The notes: generated from the sequence alone by a model not told the origin. A DNA stretch of 64,000 bases from Acidimicrobiales bacterium (GCA_040219085.1 JAVJTC010000009.1:164539-228538), one strand, 5' to 3'; counted from the first letter of the stretch, positions 46,429 to 55,520 are shown. Translations and numbers: made by a program.

Positions 46429-47122
46429 TGGCGACCCACCCCCCGTCTACGTAGATGGTCTCGCCGGTCACGTAGGACGCGGCGTCGGATAGTAGGAACT
46501 CGGCGACCCGGCCGATCTCGGCCGGCTCACCGACGCGACCGAGCGGGACGCGGCTCTGAAGCCAGGCGACCTGGGCCGGATCCACGAGACGCTCCTCGGT
46601 CATCGGCGTGCGGATCGGTCCGGGCCCGATGGCGTTCGCCCGCACACCGAGGGGGGCACCCTCGAGCGCTGCGGCCTTGGTCAGCGCGGCGACGGCCCCC
46701 TTGGACGCGACGTAGTGGGCCTGGCCGGCGACCGCGATCGTCGCGTTGACCGAGGCGATCGTGACGATCGCTCCGGGGTCACCGGTCGTGTGGCGTCGCA
46801 GGTACTCACGGATCGCGAGCCAGGTCCCGACGACGTTGACATCGAGATGGCGACGGAAGTCAGCGGCCGAGGTGTCGACGATGTCGCCACGCGTCCGGAT
46901 CCCGGCACAGGTCACGAGACCGCGCAACGGTCCCACATCGTCGAGCGCCCGCTCCCATGCGACGTCGTCGGCGACGTCGAGAGCGATCCCTCCGGGCGGC
47001 GGATCGAGATCGACCGGGACGGGCTCCCAGCCTTCGGCGGCGAGGACCTCACAGGTTGCGGCCCCGATGCCGGAACCGCCCCCGGTGACGAGTACACGGG
47101 CCCCGGCGAACGGGGCCGTCAC
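46418..47122 (-). CDS. SDR oxidoreductase
   Basis: VLVTGGGSGIGAA and YVASKGA motifs. Confidence 0.88.
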   Translation of the reverse strand: MTAPFAGARVLVTGGGSGIGAATCEVLAAEGWEPVPVDLDPPPGGIALDVADDVAWERALDDVGPLRGLVTCAGIRTRGDIVDTSAADFRRHLDVNVVGTWLAIREYLRRHTTGDPGAIVTIASVNATIAVAGQAHYVASKGAVAALTKAAALEGAPLGVRANAIGPGPIRTPMTEERLVDPAQVAWLQSRVPLGRVGEPAEIGRVAEFLLSDAASYVTGETIYVDGGWVANGA

Positions 47123-47898
47123 TAGTCGAGAACCTCGGGCTCGTCGCGCAGGAGGCGGCGCAGCGCTCCGCCCCAGAAGTAGCGGACCGTCATGTTCTTG
47201 TTGTTGATGGCGTCCTTGAGCTTGCCCCGCTGCTCAGGGGGCACAGGGACCGCCTTCTGTCCCGACGCCATGGCGTCATAGTTGAGGCGACACATCCGCT
47301 CGAAAGTGACGGCGCGGTAGCACGCGAGCTCGAGTTGGTCGGCGAGGATCAACACGCCGTGGTTGGCGAGAATGACCGCTGTCGCCCCGTCGATGGCGTC
47401 GGAGAGGTACTGGCCGTCCTTGGCGTTGTCGACGCCGCCGGTGTATTCGTCGAAGAGGCGCACGTCACCGTCGAACATGCACGCCTGCTGGTCGGTGACG
47501 TCGGGCGCCACCTTCATGGTGGCGAGCAGCGTCCCGTAGTACGGGTGGTTGTGGATCACGACCTTCGCGTCCGGCTGGTTGCGGTGGATCTCGGTGTGGA
47601 TCGCCACCGCCGGCGTGACCTCCCAGCGGCCCTCGATCACCTCACCGTCGGCGTCGATGGTCAAGATGTCCGACGCCTGCACCTCGTACCACCACTTGCC
47701 GTACGGCGTGCACCACATGGATCCGTCATCGCGGTCGTCACGGACGACGGTGATGTGGCCGGCGACATCGAGCGCGTAGCCCGTCTTGGCCAACATCCGG
47801 GCGGTGGCGGCGATCTTCTGTGGCATCGTCAGCTCGGGCACGTCGGGCATCACCCGCGGGAACCCGCTCCCCGACAACGCCTCGTCGAGCTTCCCCAT
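47122..47898 (-). CDS. Class II aldolase/adducin-family protein
   Basis: AGHITVV..., AIHTEIH and VIHNHPYYG (Zn-binding His cluster) motifs. Confidence 0.85.
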   Translation of the reverse strand: MGKLDEALSGSGFPRVMPDVPELTMPQKIAATARMLAKTGYALDVAGHITVVRDDRDDGSMWCTPYGKWWYEVQASDILTIDADGEVIEGRWEVTPAVAIHTEIHRNQPDAKVVIHNHPYYGTLLATMKVAPDVTDQQACMFDGDVRLFDEYTGGVDNAKDGQYLSDAIDGATAVILANHGVLILADQLELACYRAVTFERMCRLNYDAMASGQKAVPVPPEQRGKLKDAINNKNMTVRYFWGGALRRLLRDEPEVLD

Positions 47899-47930
47899 GA
47901 CTTTCTCCCTGAATTCGTGAGCGTGGGTAC

Positions 47931-48641
47931 CTAGTGTCCCAGATACGACCGGACGAGGTCGTGGGACTTCTTGAGTTCCGCCGACGGACCGGAGATGTCG
48001 TTGCGGCCCACCTTCAGCACATAGGTGCGGTCGGAGATCTCGAGAACGCCGGCGTTCTGCTCGACGAGAAGGAAGGTGTTGCCCTCGTCGCGCATCTCGA
48101 GCACGAGCTCGAAGAGCTGGTCCACCAGGTTCGGTGCGAGTCCGAAGGAGAGCTCGTCGATCATCAACAACTTGGGTCGGGTGATGATGGCGCGCGCGAG
48201 GGCGAGCATCTGCTGCTGCCCGCCGGAAAGCGACGACGCCGCGTCGCCGATCTTCTCGGCGAGAGCCGGCAACAGGTCCATCAGCCGTTCGCGGTCCTTG
48301 CGGATGGCGGCGGAACCGTCATGTCGGAGACCGAGACCGAGGTCGAGGTTCTCTCGGACCGAGAGGTTCTGAAAGATGCCCCGGCCCTCGGGCAGATGCC
48401 CGAGTCCCCTCGTCGCACGCTTCTCGATGGACATCCCTCCGAGATCCTGTCCATCGAGGCGCGCTGTGCCGGACCAGGTTGGAAGAACACCCGAGACGGT
48501 ACGCAGGAACGTCGTCTTGCCGGCACCGTTCGCTCCGAGGACCGAGACGATCTCGCCCTCCTCGACCTTCAGCGAGATGCCGTGGAGCACCTCGAGTTGG
48601 CCGTAGCCACTGACCAGTTCGTCCACCTCGAGCAGCGCCAT
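47931..48641 (-). CDS. Branched-chain-amino-acid-type ABC transporter ATP-binding protein (LivF-like)
   Basis: GANGAGKTT, LSGGQQQMLA and LMIDELS motifs. Confidence 0.9.
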   Translation of the reverse strand: MALLEVDELVSGYGQLEVLHGISLKVEEGEIVSVLGANGAGKTTFLRTVSGVLPTWSGTARLDGQDLGGMSIEKRATRGLGHLPEGRGIFQNLSVRENLDLGLGLRHDGSAAIRKDRERLMDLLPALAEKIGDAASSLSGGQQQMLALARAIITRPKLLMIDELSFGLAPNLVDQLFELVLEMRDEGNTFLLVEQNAGVLEISDRTYVLKVGRNDISGPSAELKKSHDLVRSYLGH

Positions 48642-49456
48642 CAGTGGTCCCCTCCGTCGTCAGCGAGTAGGTCGACCATCTCGCTGTTGTCGAAACCGGG
48701 GCCGAGATAGGCCTCGATGACCGTCGGGTCCGACGTGACCTCCTCGGGCGTCCCCTGGGAGATGATCCGACCGAAGTGCAGCACAGAGATGATCGGGCAC
48801 AGCGTGGTGACGAGTTCGAGGTCGTGTTCGATGATCACGAGGCAGAGGTCGTCGTCGGTGACGGACTGCGTGATGCCCTTCAACAGGATCGTGACGTCAT
48901 CGGCACCGAGGCCGGCAGCCGGCTCATCCAGAAGGACCACGCTCGGCTTGCCCAGAAGCGCCCGGGCGACCTCGATGATCTTCTGGTTCCCGAGCGAGAG
49001 GTTCCCGGCGAGTTCGTGCGCGTCGTCGGCCAGTCCGAACCGTTCGAGAAGATCCATGCACTCGCGTCGGGCCTCGGTCTCCTCACGGCGCGCTGCGGGC
49101 AGCTTGATCAACTCTGCGAAGTGACCCCAGCGGAACCGATGGTGGTAGCCGAGGAGAGCATTCTCGATCACTGTGGCGTCGAGGATCAGCTTCGGTGCCT
49201 GGAAGGTCCGCCCGATGCCGCGGGCGACCCGGGCGGTCTGCGAGAGACCGTTGATCGACTTGCCTTCGAGGCGGACCTCACCCTGGCTCGGGTTCACGAA
49301 GCCGGAGATGACATTGAAGATGGTCGTCTTGCCTGCACCGTTCGGGCCGATGAGTCCGTTGAAGCCCGGGCCGAACTCGAGGTTCACGCCTTCGAGGACG
49401 CGGTTGCCGCCGAAGGCGACGTGCATGTCGGTGAGGGACAGCGATGAAGTGGTCAC
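48641..49456 (-). CDS. Branched-chain-amino-acid-type ABC transporter ATP-binding protein (LivG-like)
   Basis: GPNGAGKTT, LSLGNQKIIEVA and VLLDEPAAG motifs. Confidence 0.9.
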   Translation of the reverse strand: MTTSSLSLTDMHVAFGGNRVLEGVNLEFGPGFNGLIGPNGAGKTTIFNVISGFVNPSQGEVRLEGKSINGLSQTARVARGIGRTFQAPKLILDATVIENALLGYHHRFRWGHFAELIKLPAARREETEARRECMDLLERFGLADDAHELAGNLSLGNQKIIEVARALLGKPSVVLLDEPAAGLGADDVTILLKGITQSVTDDDLCLVIIEHDLELVTTLCPIISVLHFGRIISQGTPEEVTSDPTVIEAYLGPGFDNSEMVDLLADDGGDH

Positions 49457-50532
49457 AGCAATGCCCTCATTCGCTTGCGCAGATCCTGGATGTAGCGACT
49501 CTCACGGAGCCTGCTCGGCAGGGATGCGAAGCCCCCCGGGAGCATCAGAACCGCGAGCATCAGCGCGATGCCGAACATGAGAATGCGCAACTCCTCGACG
49601 TCCTGGAGCTTCTCGCGGATGTAGACGAAGAAGAAAGCGCCGATCAATGGTCCCCAAAGCCGGGAGACTCCGCCGATGATCAGGATCACCAGGAGGAACA
49701 CGAGGAGACGCGTCTTGAACGTGCCCGGGTTGATGAAGGTGGCGTTCTGCGCGAACAACGCGCCGCCCATCGAGGCGGTGAAGGCCGACAGCCCGAACGC
49801 GATCAGCTTGTAGCGCGTCGACGAAATGCCGATCGGCCCTGTCGCGATCTCGATGTCACGGACCGACTTGAGCGTCCGACCCAGCCGGCCGCGGCTCAGG
49901 ATCACGAAGCAGATGTAGGTGAACACCAGAGCCCCGTAGCTCATCCAGAAGACGGTCCGGGTGTTCGTCCCACCGCCGAGCCGGAACAGCTCGAGCGTCT
50001 TGCCCGTGCCGCCCCCGGTGTCCAGCCAGCCGGCCACCTCGTCGTCGAGCTCGATGAGCTTCACGATCAGCTCGCCGAACGCCAGGGTGGCGATGGCGAG
50101 GAAGAAGCCCTTCAGCCTTGCCGCCGGGAAGGCGAAGATGACACCGATGATCGCCGCGACGGCCGCGATGATGAAGAACGCCGCGAAGAACGGCACACCG
50201 TCCTCGAACAGCACCCCCGTGCCGTAGCCCCCGAGGGCGAACAGACCGGCGATGGCGAGGCCGAGTTGGCCCGAGTAGCCGACCAGGAGATTGAAGCCCA
50301 TGGCCGCGACCGTGTAGGCGAAGACGAAGGCGAGGTTTCCCTTGCCGAAGTCCGTGTCGTGGGGGAAGACCTGGGTCCAGTCGAGCAGCGGGTAGACGGC
50401 ACTGAGCCCCAGGAAGATGAACAGTGCAAGGGTCGCGCTGGGCTCGGCCCACCGCTTCAACCCGGACGGCCGCGGCTTGTAGAGCGGTCGTCCCCCGGCA
50501 CCGGACGATGAACTGGATTCGACGGCGGTCAC
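49453..50532 (-). CDS. Liv-type ABC permease (LivM-like)
   Basis: Polytopic protein. The GTG at 50532 is preceded by GGGAGG and lies 1 nt after the LivH-like stop. Confidence 0.85.
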   Translation of the reverse strand: MTAVESSSSSGAGGRPLYKPRPSGLKRWAEPSATLALFIFLGLSAVYPLLDWTQVFPHDTDFGKGNLAFVFAYTVAAMGFNLLVGYSGQLGLAIAGLFALGGYGTGVLFEDGVPFFAAFFIIAAVAAIIGVIFAFPAARLKGFFLAIATLAFGELIVKLIELDDEVAGWLDTGGGTGKTLELFRLGGGTNTRTVFWMSYGALVFTYICFVILSRGRLGRTLKSVRDIEIATGPIGISSTRYKLIAFGLSAFTASMGGALFAQNATFINPGTFKTRLLVFLLVILIIGGVSRLWGPLIGAFFFVYIREKLQDVEELRILMFGIALMLAVLMLPGGFASLPSRLRESRYIQDLRKRMRALL

Positions 50533-50533
50533 T

Positions 50534-51622
50534 TCACACCTCCCGAAGCTTGGCCTGGGTGGTGAACCCACCGGGCTTGATCAACAGGACGAGTACCACC
50601 GCCAGCAATGCGACCGTCGGCTGCACACTCGTGTCGATCTGAGCGCCGGCGACCGCTTCACCGACCCCGATGACGAGACCACCGATGAAGGTGCCTGGTA
50701 GCGACACGAAGCCGCCGAGCACCGCGGCGATGAAGCCCTTCAGGATCAGGCCCTCGGCTGAACCGAGCTGCAGGATCGTCGAGGAGGTGTGCAGGGTCAT
50801 CGCGATTCCTGCGATGAGACCACCGAGCGCCCACGCCGACACCGACACCCAGCCGGCGTTTATGCCGAGCATCCGCGCCGTGGTGCCGTCCTCGGCGATG
50901 GCACGCATGCGCGTACCCCACTTCGTGCGGAAGAACCCGCCGACGCCGAATGCGATCACGAGACCGGCGGCGATGGTGATGATCTGGTCCCAGCCCACCC
51001 GGGTGTCGCCGATGAGGACGTTGTCGCCGGACCAGGGTGCCCGGAAACCGCGGGGCGTGGCCCCCCAGATCAACTCGATCGCGGCCTGGAGGACGAAGTT
51101 GAGCCCGATGGTCAACAAGAGCAGGGGGAAGTGGTCGACCCGGGCCAGCGGCTTGACCCACTTGCGCAGGGCGAAGAAAACCCCAACCGTCGTTATCAGC
51201 CCGAACAGGATGGCTATCGCTATGTGGAAGCCCTCGTCAGCGACGGGGAACCAGTCGAAGAATGAGGGGAGACCCTCGTTCTCCACGAAGGTGATGCTCT
51301 GCCACAACATGAACGCCGCACCGGCGATCGCGAGCGGGACGTTGGACAGTCCGGTGAGCGGACGGATGAGCAGATACTGGATGAGGGCGCCGAACAACGC
51401 CCCGAAGATGATCCCGACGAGAACGGCCCAACCGAAGGGCCATCCCTCGCCGCCCTTGGACGGCTCCTCCCACAGGTACCAGGTGAGGTAGGCCGCGACG
51501 AGCCCCATCTCACCCATGGCGAAGTTGGGTACGTCCGTCGACTTCATGATCACGACGATCGCCAGCCCCAACAGGCTGTATCCACTACCCGCCTCGAGTC
51601 CCGCGACGATTTCCTGAAACAC
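50534..51622 (-). CDS. Liv-type ABC permease (LivH-like)
   Basis: Polytopic protein, with FAMGEMGLVAAY typical of LivH-like permeases. Confidence 0.85.
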   Translation of the reverse strand: MFQEIVAGLEAGSGYSLLGLAIVVIMKSTDVPNFAMGEMGLVAAYLTWYLWEEPSKGGEGWPFGWAVLVGIIFGALFGALIQYLLIRPLTGLSNVPLAIAGAAFMLWQSITFVENEGLPSFFDWFPVADEGFHIAIAILFGLITTVGVFFALRKWVKPLARVDHFPLLLLTIGLNFVLQAAIELIWGATPRGFRAPWSGDNVLIGDTRVGWDQIITIAAGLVIAFGVGGFFRTKWGTRMRAIAEDGTTARMLGINAGWVSVSAWALGGLIAGIAMTLHTSSTILQLGSAEGLILKGFIAAVLGGFVSLPGTFIGGLVIGVGEAVAGAQIDTSVQPTVALLAVVLVLLIKPGGFTTQAKLREV

Positions 51623-51651
51623 CGCTCCCCCTCCTGAGCCAGACGGTCATC

Positions 51652-51685
51652 GGTGGGGCGGGGGTCCGAGGACCCCCGCCCCACC
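51652..51685 (-). terminator. Perfect 16-bp GC-rich stem-loop between the SBP gene and the first permease gene (attenuator, partial terminator or mRNA stabiliser)
   Basis: GGTGGGGCGGGGGTCC-GA-GGACCCCCGCCCCACC, read directly. No U-tract follows on the transcribed (minus) strand. Confidence 0.6.
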
Positions 51686-51702
51686 GCTAGGAACTCAGGT
51701 GA

Positions 51703-53154
51703 TCAGCCCTCGTTGGGCGGCGTCGACGGTCGGATCTGAACCCACGACTCGGTCTCGGCGTCGTACTCGGCAATCGCTGCGCCCGAGGCGCACGAGTGAC
51801 CGCCGGGCAGCGGGCCGCAGGCGACGAGCGGGATGGCCCCGTACTCGAGCGGGTCGTCCTGGAGGGACTCGGCGGTGGCGTGGAAGTTCTCGTAGGTGTA
51901 GTTGCCGTCGAGACGATCAACGACCTCGAGGAACGCCCGGGTGTAGTAGTAGGTCTGCAGGCTGAAGTTGTTCTGCGCGGAGGCCGCACCCTCACCGTCG
52001 TAGGCCTCGGCGAGTGCACGCCAGGCGTTGACCGGCTCGGAATCGGTGGTGGGCAGCGACTGCTGCAGCGTGCCCAGGAAGCCGTCGGCCGCCTCGGGGG
52101 TGGCTGCGCCGACGGTGTTGGGACCGCCGGTGCCGCCGCCGCCGTTGTCGGCGCACATCAGACCCTCGTACCCGGCCTCGTTGAGCTGATCCAGCATCAG
52201 GGCGTTCTGGGCGTTGTCGACGCCGGTGATGATGCCGCCGGGCTCTGCGTCGAGCACCGACAGGACTGCCGGGGCGACGTTGGTCGAGAGGACCTCGACG
52301 GACTCCTGAGCGACGATCTCCATGCCGTTGATCGGCGCCTGGGTCTCGATCGCAGCAACGGCCTCTTCACCGAGCTCGTTGTCCTGCCCGATGGACGCCA
52401 CGCGGGTCACGCCCTGCTCGGCGAAGTAGTCGATGCAGACCCGGAGCTGTTCGGTACGGGTCGGACCGAGCAGGTAGACCTCCTGGATGTCGGAGTCAGC
52501 CGGAGAAACCGGGCCCCACATGATCACGCCGGAGCTCCGCAGGAACTCGTAGGTGCCGGGGATGGCCTGTGAACCGGCCGGGGAGGTCAGCGCCCAGACC
52601 TCTTCCTGGTCGATGAGGCGTCGCACGTTGGATACGAGCGTCTCCACCTCGAAACGGTCATCGAGGAACTCGAACTCGAACATGCAGCCGTCGATGCCGC
52701 CGTTGGCGTTCACCTCGGCGAGAGCGATCTCGATGCCGGCCCGGAGGCCCTCACCGGCGACCGCTGCGACACCCGTGAACGGCAGGGTGGTGCCGAGCTG
52801 GATCGTGCCGGCTTCCTTGTCGATGCCGCGCATGTCGCCTTCGGTGTTCTCACCGCAGGTCATCGGGGCGGAGCCGTCGTCACCACCGTCATCGGCGGCG
52901 GCACCGTCATCACCACCGTCATCGGCGGCGGCACCGTCATCACCACCATCGTCGGCGGCGGCACCGTCGTCGGCGGCGGCACCGTCATCACCGCCGTCAT
53001 CGGCGGCGGCACCGTCATCACCGCCGTCATCGGCGGCGGCACCGTCATCACCCGACGCGGTGTCGTCGTCGTCCCCGCACGCGGCCGCAATCATTGCGAA
53101 CGCAAGGAACAGAGCAAGTACGAGGCGCAACTTGCGCATGGATTTCCCCCTCAT
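51703..53154 (-). CDS. Liv-type (branched-chain amino acid/amide/organic acid) ABC substrate-binding lipoprotein with a repetitive acidic tether
   Basis: Signal peptide plus lipobox (IAAACGDDDD), (GDDGAAADDG)n repeats and a type I PBP fold (IQLGTTLPFTGVAAVAG). Confidence 0.85.
   Translation of the reverse strand: MRGKSMRKLRLVLALFLAFAMIAAACGDDDDTASGDDGAAADDGGDDGAAADDGGDDGAAADDGAAADDGGDDGAAADDGGDDGAAADDGGDDGSAPMTCGENTEGDMRGIDKEAGTIQLGTTLPFTGVAAVAGEGLRAGIEIALAEVNANGGIDGCMFEFEFLDDRFEVETLVSNVRRLIDQEEVWALTSPAGSQAIPGTYEFLRSSGVIMWGPVSPADSDIQEVYLLGPTRTEQLRVCIDYFAEQGVTRVASIGQDNELGEEAVAAIETQAPINGMEIVAQESVEVLSTNVAPAVLSVLDAEPGGIITGVDNAQNALMLDQLNEAGYEGLMCADNGGGGTGGPNTVGAATPEAADGFLGTLQQSLPTTDSEPVNAWRALAEAYDGEGAASAQNNFSLQTYYYTRAFLEVVDRLDGNYTYENFHATAESLQDDPLEYGAIPLVACGPLPGGHSCASGAAIAEYDAETESWVQIRPSTPPNEG
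52881..53048. repeat. 30-bp in-frame tandem repeat (about 5 copies plus one 18-bp partial copy) encoding GDDGAAADDG units
   Basis: The unit CACCACCGTCATCGGCGGCGGCACCGTCAT occurs at 52881, 52911, 52941 (variant), 52989 and 53019 (CACCGCC variant). Confidence 0.85.
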
Positions 53155-53306
53155 TGGTCGGTCGCGCGAACCCCCGGTCCGCGCATCGCGATCGCCGACC
53201 GTACCCCACCGACCCGGCGACCGCCAAACACCCGTTTGATTCCGCTCTTGACTTCGCCACCGCGATCCGCACCGACCTCGCGCGGCGCCTCGTCCGACGG
53301 ATCGGG

Positions 53307-55520
53307 TCAGATGGCGACGGTCGGACCGTAGAGCGCTTCGAGCCCCCGCAGCGCTGCTCGCTGGCGGGCCAGGACCTGCACGATCGCCGCCCTCACCGCG
53401 GCCCGATGTTCGGCGAAACTCCCGTCGACCTCGACGGTCCGCACCCGATCGTCGAGGGGCCCGGCCGGCACGCCGGCGCTGTCGAGCAGCCCGACGAGAC
53501 CCACGTCGTAGTCCTCCCCGAGGCGCTCCGCCGCGGACTCGAGCAACGGCCCGGCTATCCGCACCATCCGGTCGCTGCGGCGGTCCTCGAGGTGCCCGGC
53601 GACCTCCGCCCTCAGGAACTCGGCGACACCGCGCATGGTCTCGGCCGGCAGCGGTCGCGGCTCGAGACCCGTGATCTCAGGAGGCGTCACCGCCCCGGAC
53701 TCGACCTCGACAGCGGAGACGTCGAGACCCCAGGCGGCCCGCACGGCCCGGCACGTGCTCGCCGTGGTGAGCGCCTGGCCGAGTCCGGCGACGTTAGGGT
53801 TGGGGCTGCGGCCCTCGACGAACGCGCGGACACCGCCGAGGTTCATGGTGGAACGTGAGACGTGCGCGAGGACCTCGTACCAGGCCAGCAGGTCCCTGTC
53901 GACGGGAACGCCGGACTCCGCCTCGTAGGCGGCGACCACGCGCTCCGGGTCGAGAATCCCCAGACACGACCAGACAGCGCCACCGAGGTCGTCGAGGCGG
54001 TGACCCCACCGTGTCAGCTCCCAGTCCAGCAGTGCGGTGATCCGCCCGTCGGCGACGAGGAAGTTGTGCGGACCGGGATCACCCCACTGCAGCACGGGCT
54101 CGTCGGCGACGACCGGGACGTTGGTCTCCAACCAGCCGAGCAGCGCGGTGATGACGACGTTGGGGCCCGGTGGCTCCGTGGTGTAGCGCTCGATCGCCGC
54201 GGCGAGCTCGGCCCGGGTCGCCTCCGCGGTGTCCGCCGGGCGGGGCGGCCCTCCGTCCACATGGCCCGGCGCCGTGGCGTGCAGTCGGGCGAGCAGCCGC
54301 CCGAAGTCGTCGGCCACGGCGGCGTTGGTGTCGGGGTCGCCGAGACCGAGCGGCCTGCCGTCGAGACGGTCCATCACGAAGTACGCCCGTTCGAGTTCAC
54401 CGCCGGCCCCGTCGAACCAGTGCACGGTCGGCACCGGGAGGTCCGTGGCGGCGAGCGCCTTCAGGACCGCGAACTCCGCCGCCCGGTCGGTCCATTCGAG
54501 CGTTCCACCGACGGCGGTGCGCCGCAGCACGAACTCACGCCCGTCGGTGAGCGTGACGAACCACGTCTCCTGCCCGTTGCCGACGGGACCCCGCCGGGCA
54601 CCTTCGACGGTTGCATCGTCACCGAGGTTGGCGCGGAACACCGGCGTGAGGACCTCAGGGGTGAGCCCGCCGTCGCCGGGGGTCTTCGCGGCCGGGGCTG
54701 CAGGCCGCGGCTCCGCGGCGAGCAGGTGGTCGAGCGCCGCGGCCCGCCCGGCACGGACCTCGAGGTTGCGCATGCCGTGGGGATCGACGAGACGGTCGAG
54801 AACCTCGAGGACCTCATCGGGGGGATCGTCGAGGACCGGTGCGGTGGACGCATCCACGACCGCGAAGCCGGTTGCGGCGACGACCTCGTCGGGGTCCACA
54901 CCCGCCCGCAGCCCCGCGACGACGACAGTGCCGTCCTCGCGCCATTCCAGCTCGGCGAGTTCGGTGACGAGGGCGACGAGACCTTCGCCCGAGGTCGCCA
55001 CCGGGGCGCGGTCTCGCCGGGTGCGCCCGGCTGCGGTGACGTAATCGACGGCCTCCACCAGGAAACGCGTCGAGTGACCGATGCGGTAGCCCACGAGCCG
55101 CCCGACGAGCGACGCGGTGTCCGCCAGGGCGAGCGGGCCGGGAAGGACGATGTCGGCTGCGTCGGGGCGGACGATGCGCGAGGCGTTGATGTCGCCGCTG
55201 CGGTCGACCTGCGCGGGCGAGACGAACTGGAGGGTCACCCCGCCGCGTTGGATCAGGTCCAGGATCTCGGACTGGCCGAGAACGCCGTCGGCGAGGCGTG
55301 CCGCCACACCTCCGTCGGCGAGGCTCGTCGCGAGGTCATGGGTGTCGGGCCGCACGATCGTGCCGAACAGGACGGTCATGTCCGGGTGGAGCACCTCGCG
55401 GGCGACGAGTGCCGCCGCCGCAGCCACCGGGGTGCCGACCCCGACGACCACCACGTCGTCGGCACGGCAGCGTTGTGCAAGCGACCAGATCACCCTCTCG
55501 GCGGGACCGACGGTGCTCAT
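53307..55520 (-). CDS. Three-module fusion: a family-I CoA-transferase subunit-B-like domain, an APH/choline-kinase-fold phosphotransferase domain and a C-terminal helical module
   Basis: 737 aa from the ATG at 55520 (ATGA overlap with the A-subunit stop).
- aa 1-265 are GctB/IpdB-like (DDVVVVGVGTPVAAAAALVAREVL...).
- aa 270-290 form a Pro/Ala linker.
- aa 290-600 are APH-like (LQWGDPGPHNFLV, LLDWELTRWGHRLDDLG).
- aa 620-737 form a helical tail.
The 123-aa N-terminal extension in the track ORF is Arg-rich and overlaps the A-subunit gene. Confidence 0.8.
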   Translation of the reverse strand: MSTVGPAERVIWSLAQRCRADDVVVVGVGTPVAAAAALVAREVLHPDMTVLFGTIVRPDTHDLATSLADGGVAARLADGVLGQSEILDLIQRGGVTLQFVSPAQVDRSGDINASRIVRPDAADIVLPGPLALADTASLVGRLVGYRIGHSTRFLVEAVDYVTAAGRTRRDRAPVATSGEGLVALVTELAELEWREDGTVVVAGLRAGVDPDEVVAATGFAVVDASTAPVLDDPPDEVLEVLDRLVDPHGMRNLEVRAGRAAALDHLLAAEPRPAAPAAKTPGDGGLTPEVLTPVFRANLGDDATVEGARRGPVGNGQETWFVTLTDGREFVLRRTAVGGTLEWTDRAAEFAVLKALAATDLPVPTVHWFDGAGGELERAYFVMDRLDGRPLGLGDPDTNAAVADDFGRLLARLHATAPGHVDGGPPRPADTAEATRAELAAAIERYTTEPPGPNVVITALLGWLETNVPVVADEPVLQWGDPGPHNFLVADGRITALLDWELTRWGHRLDDLGGAVWSCLGILDPERVVAAYEAESGVPVDRDLLAWYEVLAHVSRSTMNLGGVRAFVEGRSPNPNVAGLGQALTTASTCRAVRAAWGLDVSAVEVESGAVTPPEITGLEPRPLPAETMRGVAEFLRAEVAGHLEDRRSDRMVRIAGPLLESAAERLGEDYDVGLVGLLDSAGVPAGPLDDRVRTVEVDGSFAEHRAAVRAAIVQVLARQRAALRGLEALYGPTVAI

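Noticed and set aside
51652-51685. Canonical rho-independent terminator call for the GC hairpin
   Set aside because: The stem is perfect, but no U-tract follows on the transcribed strand, and the downstream permease genes clearly belong to the same transporter. It is kept only as a possible attenuator or stabiliser.
52881-53048. Regularly spaced direct repeats that could be mistaken for a CRISPR array
   Set aside because: The units abut each other with no unique spacers, are only 30 bp long, are in frame, and encode the acidic linker of a lipoprotein. No cas genes are present anywhere in the window.
53155-53306. Possible extra member of the box family upstream of the Liv-type SBP gene (CCCGTTTGATTCC, and the CAAAC-N4-GTTTG palindrome around 53228..53245)
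   Set aside because: It matches only part of the consensus (it shares CGGAATCAA with the flank of the 8725 site on the opposite strand). That is too weak to call without a PWM scan.
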